A stretch of 64,000 nt of DNA from Paragordius varius (lineage: Eukaryota; Animalia; Nematomorpha), in the NCBI GenBank assembly GCA_964247055.1, contig OZ176057.1:4092001-4156000 (forward strand). The letters are read 5' to 3'. The notes under the pieces are model-generated. The model saw only the letters and a program-made list of their open reading frames with translations. It had not been told where the DNA came from and made no database searches. How positions within the stretch are numbered: position 1 is the stretch's first letter; every line of letters begins with the position of its first letter. The position numbers and the translations under genes were made by a program. Of this stretch, positions 26,201-35,726 are shown one piece after another.

Positions 26201-29200
26201 TTTGCAATTTCTTGTGCCCCAAATGCAAGGTTTCCCTCATGATTGCTGGATAGTCATAGCTAATATAGAGGTATATCTTTTAAACTCCATTTCAATTTTA
26301 TGAAATTTTAAACGAATAATACAAGTGGTTCTGAGTTTGATAAATATTATTTTCATTTGTGGTTTTCTGTATTTTTGAGGAAATGGAATCAATTTTTTAA
26401 CAACTATACGATATATTCGCCCCATAAATTATATAGAAATACTAAAAATATTGTTAAAATTCTACCAAAAAAATGCTCAAACGCCTTTTTTAATTCCCTG
26501 GACATATTTTTTATAATCGCAATTTAATTATCCTTTGGCTCTTAAGGAAAAAATCAGCCCCCAATGTTTTTTTCTAAAATTTACAATTCTTAACTTAAAT
26601 AAATTTTATTTGGGACATATCCCATGTTTCTCCTGTATTTACTTATACCTGTTTCCGATGATTACATATTTTCCAAGTATCATTTAATAATGCTTAGAAA
26701 TCCGATTGGTTCGAGCAATATTCCTGGTCCTTTTTCAAAGCCATGTCACACATGTTATCAATTGGTTATGGACGTTTTCCACCCCAAAATTTGACTGATA
26801 TGTGGCTTACGATATTCAGTATGGTATCTGGGGCAACGTGTTACGCACTTTTTATAGGACATGCCACAAACCTTATACAATCACTTGAATCAGCAAATCG
26901 CCAGTATAGAGAATTGGTATGAATGTGCATAACATTTTTTTTTCATAATGATTCGTTTTTAATAACCTTGAAAGAGAAAGTTCATAGGCAAAAAAACACA
27001 AAGTTACCCTCTTCACAATAATTAAACACAAGGCTTGGAACCGGAGCCTGCATGGAACCGGAACCCTGTTCCTGGGATTTTAATAAGAACTTGTTCCATT
27101 GGTATGAAACCAACGCGGTTCCGGTTCCACTTGTTCAGGAACCAACCCGGTTCAGGTTCCACTTTTTTTAAACCGGTTCCAAGCCCTGATTAAATAACAT
27201 ATTTTATTGCATAAATTTCGTTACTTAATTACTTTTTTTGACTACCTATTTATTACTTTTTATCTTTAGATGAAACAGGTGGATGAATATATGGCGTATA
27301 GGAAGTTACCCAGATCGCTAAAAGTTAAAATCCAAGATTACTTTGAACACAAATACCATGGGAAGATGTTTAATGAAAGCATGATATTACGCGAACTCTC
27401 AGACACTTTAAGGCGGGTAGGGTTATATATATATATACATGATTACAAATTTGTAAATTGAAAATCATTATATAGTAGGTATATCGAAATTCAGTATACA
27501 TAATATAATGATTTATTACATTCATATCTCATTTATTATAAAGTATAGCATAATTAATACCGAAACACATATTTTTTTCTCAATAAAAGGCTGTAGTTAA
27601 TCACAATTGTCGCGAATTGGTAGCAAGTGTCCCCTTCTTCGCAAATGCCGATGAAAACTTTGTTAATGCCATCATCGGTAATTTGGAATATGAGGTTTTC
27701 CAACCCGGAGATATTATTGTTAAAGAAGGCGCTCTTGGTGACAAAATGTATTTTATACAAGAGGGTGTCGTTGATGTTATTACAGGAGGGGAAATAAAAA
27801 CGTCGCTTTCGGAGGGTTCATATTTTGGAGGTATTATACATGATAAAAATTAACATTTATACGAATATAACTTAATTTGTTAAGGGCGGAAACGCAGAAT
27901 ATATTATTAAAAAAATGCCCCATGACTATAAGGTATTTGTGTAGGTTAACGAATTTACTTAAGAACAAAATATATTTTTCCAAAATATGTAATAATAAGA
28001 AAATCTTTTTTTATAACCTATTTTGTAATTTAAATTAATATAACATAAAAAGATTGTTTTATCATTTTAAATAGCGATTTTGTCTAAGTTTAAACCTGGG
28101 GCGCTAAACGCAAATGACTTCGCAACCGCATTTGAAACATATATGGATTCATACATATAATAGATATTTAACATTTGACTAAAGAAAATATAATATTTTT
28201 TTTCGTAGGCAAAGTCATTTAGAAAATTTTTTTAAGATATATCAATTTTACCAAGATTTTGTGAGCATTTTGCAAATTATGGATTTTCAATTTTGGCGGG
28301 CGCACAAGAAGTCTCGGATCACCCCTGATTTAAACAATAAAAGGAACTGATTTATACAATAAAAGAAAGTGTAAATGGTTAAAAAAGGTTGCTTAGATCA
28401 TGTATTTTGGGTTGTCTAGAAATACTAATATTTGTTTTTAATAAATCATAGTAATAATTTAACAATATACTACAAATATAATTTTTTCCAGAAATTTGTC
28501 TCATGACAAGTGATCAAAAACGCCAAGCCACCATTCAAGCAGCTAGCTATTGTCATTTGTTTTCGCTTTCACGTTTACATTTCAATCAAGTCCTTGAAAA
28601 CTATCCCATGATGCGAAAAACGATGGAAAGTATAGCTGCTGAAAGGTTAACTAAAATAGGACGAGATCCAACTATAGTATCTCCTCGTGAAGATTTAAGC
28701 AGTTACTTAGAAACCGTTCATGAAGTTCTTAAAGCCAAAGAGAAAGAAATTTTAGCATTACAATCGGCAGCTGCAAGCATAAATTCATCCAATCATAATA
28801 CATTCTCTTTTGCATCCAAAGGCAGTACCGGACTCATTATACCTAAAAATGAATTATTAGTCGGGGGAAAATCACCTTTCACCAGCAACGCAGGAATTGT
28901 TAGCAACTCTGGTCTACTTTCAGCATTAAATTTGAATCACTATCTTAATATAGGAAGTATTGGGAAAACGCCCCTTAACAATATAAACAATCCATACCTC
29001 AAGCATAAAATGAGTCATAATTTGACCGCCCCATCGCTAGCTCTTCTAATGTCCAATGCTAATCATGGTAATGATGCTTTAGGTTTTCACAAATTATTTC
29101 CTTTCGCAAATTTCGATGCCGTATCACAGCAAAATTTAGAAGGTGAAGATAAGGAATTGATGGCGGATACCAGAAAGTCACAATCATCCACAAAAGAGGA

Positions 29201-29948
29201 AAACAACTCGGAACATTCTATATTTTCTTTGGGAAAGCTAAAAACAGGCAAGGATAAAAGTAAACGATTTGGAGATACAAATAAAACTTCTTCATCTGGA
29301 GCCAATCTTCCAAAAAATCTATTGACCGTACTTCGAAAGGGTACTTCGGGTTCCATTAAGCGAAGTTCTAGAAAATCTTCGCTTAACCCAAGACATTCGA
29401 CAGTCTCTAGCTCCGTGATTGAATGTATTGGCTCGGGCAAAAATTATGATGAAAGCTCTCAAATTGTTAATAATTTCAGTCAGAATTATGAATCACCTCA
29501 GGACTTTGCAGAATCAAAGACGAATTCAACACTGTTACTCGCAAATGGACCAAAAAACGATACATTTATATCTGGTAAATTTTTTAAGGCTTCATTATTT
29601 AATCAACAACCGCTAACCAAGAATCTGGTGAATGTATCAGCGTCCGCCTTATTTCCGCTCCTTATCTCTACGTCTAAAGAACCAGCCATTCAGGATACAC
29701 AAAAAACCGGAATCACAGAATGTTATAACAAAGATTCCGAAAAATATATTACGGGACAAAATTTAACGCTTGAAAAAAGTATGGAACATCATCATTTTTG
29801 TTCCGAAAATAATTTATATAATCTTAACACAAACAATGAGAATGCTAACAATGCAAACAAGTCATTCGCTAACCAAAGCATTATAAACCCTTGTGGTATT
29901 CAAATTATATTTTCACCACCAAGCACTGAGAAATTAGTCCAAAATTAA
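8029..29948 (+). CDS. HCN: HCN / Ih hyperpolarization-activated cyclic nucleotide-gated cation channel (spliced; ~1261 aa with exon 1A, ~995 aa with exon 1B)
   Basis: Exons 8029-9149 (or 13871-14193), 24221-24384, 25300-25586, 26121-26270, 26698-26916, 27270-27416, 27590-27830, 28492-29948 join in frame via GT-AG (3786 nt). They give the HCN domain (KLFGSKK...[12 protein letters not shown]), S1-S3, S4 ([26 protein letters not shown]), pore ([11 protein letters not shown]), C-linker and CNBD (SYFGEICL...AAERLTKIG). Confidence 0.96.
9654..9896. mobile_element. Small foldback-type MITE with ~20-bp tandem GGGTGAATTTGAATTG repeats (family of 34708-51610 and 18836-19062)
   Basis: CCATTTAC...AAATGG termini in TA context; interior matches the reverse complement of 34810-34980. 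Confidence 0.6.
11533..11892. mobile_element. Degenerate hAT (Charlie/Buster-like) MITE
   Basis: CAGAGGTGTTCAC left end, GGGCCGCATGTGGC subterminal motif, ...GGCGCCCCTA right end; no clean TSD. Confidence 0.45.
13871..14193 (+). CDS. HCN: HCN alternative exon 1B: second, divergent HCN-domain exon
   Basis: Encodes [43 protein letters not shown](R), colinear with the end of exon 1A. GT donor (CG|GTTTCC, 14194) at the same codon position and phase 2; the donor is weak. Confidence 0.75.
15922..18310 (-). mobile_element. Decayed full-length hAT transposon (Buster/Charlie/SPIN-like, GTF2IRD2-type transposase) in HCN intron
   Basis: TIRs CAGTGGTACT / AGTATCACTG; flanks ATCTAGAG / ATATAGAT (6/8, nTCTAGAn-type target); 2.39 kb. 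Confidence 0.85.
16200..17922 (-). pseudogene. Frameshifted hAT transposase
   Basis: Fragments: [24 protein letters not shown] (BED-like), [62 protein letters not shown], and [25 protein letters not shown] near 16200-16310 (dimerization domain), split over several frames. Confidence 0.88.
18836..19062. mobile_element. Foldback-type MITE, same family as 9654-9896 and 34708-51610
   Basis: cacccttaaacaattcaaattcac left; gggtgaatttgaattg...aactgtaaat right; shared interior. Confidence 0.6.
19513..20081. mobile_element. piggyBac-like MITE (~570 bp)
   Basis: TTAA|CACTT ... AAGTG|TTAA, with subterminal inverted ttcgattcaaattggggta / taccccaatttgaatcgaa; copies at ~6986 and ~55604. Confidence 0.75.
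22802..23065. mobile_element. Tc1/mariner-like MITE
   Basis: TA|CAATAAAAA ... TTTTTACTG|TA; homologous to 2111-2390. Confidence 0.65.
24221..24384 (+). CDS. HCN: HCN exon 2 (S1-S2)
   Basis: ttttag|A TTT TAT TGG GAT = (R)[54 protein letters not shown](G), donor g|gtaaga. Missing from the ORF track because of its size. Confidence 0.95.
25300..25586 (+). CDS. HCN: HCN exon 3 (S2-S3 loop, S3, S4)
   Basis: cattcacag|GT ATA ATG...; [28 protein letters not shown]...[14 protein letters not shown]; donor gtaagg. Confidence 0.95.
25728..26031. mobile_element. hAT MITE in HCN intron
   Basis: TAGGGGTGTC... left, ...GTTGGACACCCTTG right; TSD not matched. Confidence 0.5.
26121..26270 (+). CDS. HCN: HCN exon 4 (S5)
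   Basis: tttttcag|[50 protein letters not shown]|gtatat; 150 nt. Confidence 0.95.
26698..26916 (+). CDS. HCN: HCN exon 5 (pore helix, selectivity filter, S6)
   Basis: cttag|[73 protein letters not shown]|gtatga; 219 nt. Confidence 0.96.
27029..27188. mobile_element. hAT MITE with GGAACC subterminal repeats (family of 35010-51542)
   Basis: TIRs CAAGGCTTGGAACCGG / CCGGTTCCAAGCCCTG; flanks ATTAAACA / ATTAAATA (7/8 TSD). Confidence 0.8.
27270..27416 (+). CDS. HCN: HCN exon 6 (C-linker)
   Basis: ctttag|[49 protein letters not shown]|gtaggg; 147 nt. Confidence 0.95.
27590..27830 (+). CDS. HCN: HCN exon 7 (end of C-linker, CNBD beta-roll)
   Basis: aaaag|[24 protein letters not shown]...[11 protein letters not shown]...KMYFIQEG...SYFG(E)|gtatta. 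Confidence 0.95.
28096..28327. mobile_element. hAT MITE in HCN intron
   Basis: CTGGGGCG... / ...CACCCCTG ends with flanks GTTTAAAC / ATTTAAAC (7/8 TSD). Confidence 0.65.
28492..29948 (+). CDS. HCN: HCN terminal exon (PBC, B/C helices, long disordered tail)
   Basis: ttttccag|AA ATT TGT = (E)[26 protein letters not shown]...[20 protein letters not shown], then S/N-rich tail to TAA 29948. Confidence 0.94.
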
Positions 29949-30403
29949 TAACCGTACATGTGTGCCAATAATATTCACATAGAATTCAAGCATCACCAAT
30001 AAATGATTATCATAAATATTAGGGGAATTGGTATAATATACCGTTCCTAAAATATGAAATGAAACAATCTTACTATTTTTATTTTGATTGATATATAATG
30101 GCCAAATTCCAAATTACTATTGGGCTGCATTTTTTTGTAAACCTAAAAAAATATTTATTTCTTTCATTACGTTTAAGCGAGTCACACATGAAATTTTCTA
30201 GTCACTGTTTTATATTTATATTTGGAATATCGCGCAAAAATAAATTATTTATCTTCAATATAATTTGTAATTAAGCTGCTTGTGATATAAAGTATCCATA
30301 ATACTCCGAAATATATTATTATTTATAACCATATGAATTATATAAATAGATTAATAATTATTATTATTTTAAGGCTAAAAAATACTATCCTCCCTCTCTC
30401 TCG

Positions 30404-30433
<30 letters not shown>

Positions 30434-30436
<3 letters not shown>

Positions 30437-31665
30437 TGTGTGAAAAGAGGGTCATTTTGATTTAACGAAAATTTTTTTTATGAGATAGCTTATGACCAGC
30501 GTATTTATTTGCCGCAAAATTTTTTATTTGTTGACAACCTAGTTTTTGAAATATTGAAAGAAAATCAAAATCGCGCAAAAAGTGAAAATTAAGGATAATT
30601 CAAAAAATAATGATAAAATCTGAAATATTATCGTTTATTATCATTTTAGGAGATATTTTCAATAAAAGAGCCTAAAATCTTATAGTTAGGGTTTCTATAA
30701 AATTCCAGGTCAAAAGATGGCTTTTTTCTTTTATCAGATTTAAAAGACAAAAAAAATTTAATGAAAACATATTAAAAAATTTTTTTTAATTATTTACTAC
30801 CTAATCTCACTATTAAATCTTAACAATCACATTTTATTGGAAAATAAACTTCTATATCAAAATAAACCAAAATTATTGTTTTTATTTTTGCATTTTTTGT
30901 CATCTGGTTTATGAGTGTAAATTTATACTGTTTTGTTTTGGATTCTTACATGAGTCGGAATTTTTAAGTATATAATTTATGCAAAATAGGATTGAAAATT
31001 AGTGGAATATCAACCAACAATCCGTACAAATTCCAATACAAATATTAATTTGTCATAAAACAGACTTGTTACAGGAAATTGTAAGGATTGTTGGTTGTTA
31101 TTGGTCTACTTTTGAATCGTATTTTGCATAAATTATATACTTAATAATCACTAATCATGTAAGAATCCAAAATAAAACAGTATAAATTTTTTACACATAA
31201 ACCAAATGACGAAAAAATGCAAAAATAAATAACAAAGTTTTTGGTTTTATTTTGACTTATAATTTTTTCCTGAATAAAATATGAATGTTAAGATTTTAAT
31301 AGTGAGTTAAGGGAATAAATAATTAAAAAAATTATTTAAATATAGTTTCATAAATGTTTTTATCCTTTTATCTTTCAACAAGGAAAACGCCATCTTTTTA
31401 CTTGAGGTTCAATAGAAACCCTAATATATGATTTTAGGCTAATTATATATTGTAATATTTACTAAAATGATAATAAACCATAATATCTAAAATTTTTTCA
31501 TTATCCTTAAATATCCTAATTTTCACTTTTTGCCCGATTTCGATTTTCTCTCAATATTTCAAAAACTAGGTTGTCAACAAATAAAAATTTTTGCGGCAAA
31601 TGAATACGCTGGTCATAAGCTATTTCATGAAAAGAAAAATTTTTCGTTAAAAATTTTTGCACTTA
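30434..31665. mobile_element. ~1.2-kb foldback DNA element (whole element a near-palindrome)
   Basis: 30450-31030 is the reverse complement of ~31085-31650 (e.g. gagatagcttatgaccagcgtattt / aatacgctggtcataagctatttc); inserted at the end of a (TA)n tract; same family as 1-794. Confidence 0.85.
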
Positions 31666-31750
31666 AAAATTTCCGTTTTATAAAAATAATTATTAATTAT
31701 ATTTATTCACTATTACATAAATTTTAAATTAATGACTTGGGATAGTTAAA

Positions 31751-32613
31751 TTATTTTTCAACCATTTTTAGCTCATAACGTTGGAGTATGAAAACTAATT
31801 CCTTTAAACGGGGTTTTATAGTTTCATTGTATTCGGTGTGCAATTGTTTCAACACGGCTTGCGCCTCCAGCGTTTGACATTTATAATTTCCGATATTTTG
31901 TTCCAGGTCCGCATTCCAAATCTCGTAATCCTGTTTAGAGCGTTGAGTAAGCTCAATATTCTTATGGATTTGCTCTACTTCATTTTTATAATCCTCATAT
32001 TCAGACCGGAGTTTTGAAGCACCCTTAACTCTATCCCGTGCAGATATTTTAAATCGATCTAACCTGTTGTTACAAAATATGAATAAAGGTAAAAAAAGAA
32101 ATAATATGAGACATTTGTATATATGGATATACTTTTCTTTCAACAGTTTATTAACGTATAAATCATTGGCTATAGCCTTGTTCAATTCAATCACATCTCT
32201 ACTGTAATCAATACAATCGGCATTGGGATTAATGAATTCTAGGGGGATACTTTTATCTTTGTTATCACCGACCCCTTTTTCCTTCCTATTCATCCTAAGA
32301 ATATCGGCATTATCGTTACCTTTGGCTGTTAGATCGCGGTTTAACACCTGAGATACACTTGATTTATCTGGGCAATTGCAATCATTATTGCTATTTTTAT
32401 TATTTGAAGAATCCACAATATTAGAGCCGTTTATGTAATCCTTGGATAATGTTTTTATTCCCAAATAACATGTGCATTCGTAAGGCTCGCCTTCATGAAT
32501 CATCGTTTTCTTCTGAAGTTCTTCGGTTGATTGATTTTGACAATTTTCGATAACAGTAGACTCTATATTTTCTTCTGTTAGGTTAAACCCATGATTTTCC
32601 TTCCCATTGACTT
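31751..32613 (-). CDS. Unidentified protein with C-terminal coiled coil (last two exons; 5' exons not resolved)
   Basis: Exon 32613-32133 (acceptor ttattag, phase 1; EVNGKENHG...NDLYVNKLLKEK), 69-nt GT-AG intron 32132-32064, exon 32063-31751 (LDRFKISARDRVKGASKLRSEYEDYKNEVEQ...YELKMVEK*), with heptad-like E/K/L/Q composition. Candidate upstream exons near 32755-32652 and ~33515-33580 are unproven. Confidence 0.7.
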
Positions 32614-35600
32614 CTAATAATAAAACGAAAGGAAATTGTTATAAATTTAACCCGTTTTCAAAGTGAATATTGAACAAACTAGCATATTGCTTCTATGATA
32701 GTTAGCGTCTTTTACATGCCTTAGGTAATTACTTTTGGAATATACCCGGAAGTCCTGTTGTAATACAAAACAAGTTAATGGCAGATTAACAACGAAAAAT
32801 CAAAGTTTGTGGTAATATAAAATCCCTTTATATTGATTTGTTTACAAATAAATTAATATCCACTCACTTATCATTTATTGGTCCTTATTTACCCGATTCG
32901 AGAAAATCCGCACTTTTTTAAGAGCAAAACCTCCCAGTTTTTCCTTAAATATTTTACACTATCATTACTATTCTTTAATTAAAATTTGTTTTTGTCCCCA
33001 AATTAAGACAAATTATGTTAAGCTTCCCCACAGGTCTTTGATGAAAAGGACAAATAATCTTTCCAGTCATTAATTATTGCAAAGTGCTTTTTTTAAATTT
33101 GGATCCAAACAAGCTTAAAATCTTCTCCTCAGAGTTAAACCTTTTTTTATTGATTAATAAGGGACATGTTTAGTGTAATGACATTTATAGAGTTACTGAA
33201 AATGAATGAAAATTGGTGGTGAATTAAGTCATTTTAAATAATGTATTAAAAATTTTGACTAGTTGCTTCAATTATATTCCACACTAAATATATAATATCA
33301 GCCCGGTATATTTTTGATGAAGTAACAGACATGCTAAATCTATTTTTTTCAATTCAAGAGTTGGGTTTAAATTAAACACTTTTTACATCAAAAATAATAT
33401 TAAAGTTTGGTGTTAAAATTATAAATTTGATCGTATTCGACATAAGGAGATATAAAAGTCTTTTAAACTGGTGTTCATATTTTTATATAATTTTATATAT
33501 TCATTCAAGGAACTAACCTTTAGACCTTCCAAATTTTGGGGTGCTGCTCGTGAATAAAGGCATAATCATTGGTAAATTACAAATTCGGATTCTAATGTTG
33601 AAGTAGTATAAAAAATATCATTATGGCTCATAAACATACATAATTTAAAATTGATGTGTGATATGGCAAAGTTTAGAATGCACTTTTGATAAAATTTAGA
33701 ATTATATATTACATTAAAAATATATATCTAATGGTAGGCCGTCAGCAATTGCTATCATTTATCCAGCTTATGACCGTTCATCTTGGTGGTATCCTCTATA
33801 ATTAACTGTAACTTTTATCTTAATTTATTGTTATTAATACCTTCTCAGTTATCGACTTTAGCATATCCTTTTAAGTAGTTTAGTTTGTTATCCTTTAAGC
33901 CTAATTTAAGATTTTCGCCCTTATTTTTGATTAACCTACAGTGTGGCTATGCGAAGTATGAAGGTAACTTAAGCGATCGCCAGTATTATAAAAATAAAAA
34001 AATATTATCTCAAAGGGAGATACAGGTCTAATTCCATATATAGCCAAAAGTTCAAAAATCACGTTTTCCTGTTATGTTAAATTAAATCAGAAATTTCAAA
34101 CATATGGCCCCCATGGTACATTCTGTCCGCTCAGAAAAATACCAAATAAATTATTTTGCAACTTTGAAATTATAATCTACCTTTTCCTTACAAATTATTG
34201 TTTTTGAATATTCATATTTATATATTTGGAAAAATAATAACTATAGCTTGAATTACCTTATCATTGATTAAATGTTAGGCCGACCATATTTTCCTATATA
34301 AATTATTAAATTACAACTTTCAATTTATAATTGATTTTAAATAACATTTTCATACTTTGCAGTTTAATAAAATCGAGTAAAAAAGTATAGCGGTCTTTTA
34401 ACAAAATTAGTCTATATGTTTTTACGTTTTCTATGTATTCCAACTTTTAATATGGATCATTTTTAAGAAAATTTTGGCCTTTAAGACACAAATATATGAA
34501 ATTATTGATAATTAAAAATATTATTTGAAAAATATATTTTAAGCTCTGTGATTTAATACCCGACAATTCAAATTATTAATTTATAAAATTTTTAAAATCC
34601 TAAATAAAACCTAAACATATCCCAAAATTTTTTATGATGTTAGGAAAGGGACCAATATTTATATCAGAAAGGGATTCAAAACAGTATTATATATATATAT
34701 ATATATACCATTTACAGTTCAAATTCACCCTTGAACAATTCAAATTCCCCCTTGAAAAATTCAAATCACCCTCCAATAATTCAAATTCACCCTCCTTAAA
34801 CAATTCAAATTCACTCTAAAAATAAATTATGTGTGTTTTCGAATTAATATAACTCATTATATTAATATAAAATATATCTTAGGCATAATTTATTATTTTT
34901 TTAGTATTATTTTAATTTAAAAGATTAATTTTATTTTTTATATAAAAATAGAGGTAATTTGTAATCCTAAAAAAATAAAATGTATTTGAGGGTGAATAAT
35001 TGTTTAAGGCAGGGAACAGGAACCACGCGGAACCGGAACCGGTTCCTGGGATTTTATTAAGAACCGGTTCCATTGGAATGGAACCGACGCGGTCCCGGTT
35101 CCACTCTCCGGGAACAACGCCGGTACCGATTCCAAAATCTCAGGCCCTGGTTCTATCTATAAATGTGAACCAAACCGGTTCCGGTTCCAACCGTTCAGGA
35201 ACCAAACCGATTCTGGTTCCACCCCCTTAATTACTGTTTCCCATATGATTTTCATAAAAATTTTATTTTATTATTTAAATTAGATTGTACCACTACACAT
35301 TACAACATACCTCAAACCTAAAACTAAGCGGCTAATATTAGCGATATTCCTCTCCAAATTTTAGACGATCCTGCTCTTCTGTAAAAACTAAGTCATAATT
35401 CAAGTTTATTTATAACACAGTGCGCCCAAAAAAATAAACAAACGTGATTTTTATCTAGAATAATAAGATATCCCTTGGAAAAGGAGACCCCAAAAATTTT
35501 GGGGCAAAAATGCGCCCCAAAATGGAAATATTCCATTTTTTCATTTTTGACTAGAAATAGATTTTTGTCCATATTTTTAATACTTATTGAGCAAACATGA

Positions 35601-35726
35601 TAGAACTTTTATATATTATAAACCTAATATATTCTTAAGAAAAATTCGTAAAATTATTTTAGAGTATCAATAATTCTTTTTATTCCACAAAAATAGAAAT
35701 TCGTAAATTTTATGACATTGTCGAAA

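Noticed and set aside
29998-30003. AATAAA as the HCN polyadenylation signal
   Set aside because: The hexamer is too frequent in DNA this AT-rich to call without transcript data.
34634-35230. ORFs 34634-34819 and 35000-35230 (also 50879-51697, 49187-49453, 50373-50564)
   Set aside because: Translations of MITE repeats and inverted arms; no coding signature.
35416-35445. True V(D)J-type RSS (heptamer-12/23-nonamer)
   Set aside because: Heptamer present but no ACAAAAACC nonamer at 12 or 23 bp, and no RAG-like ORF in the window.
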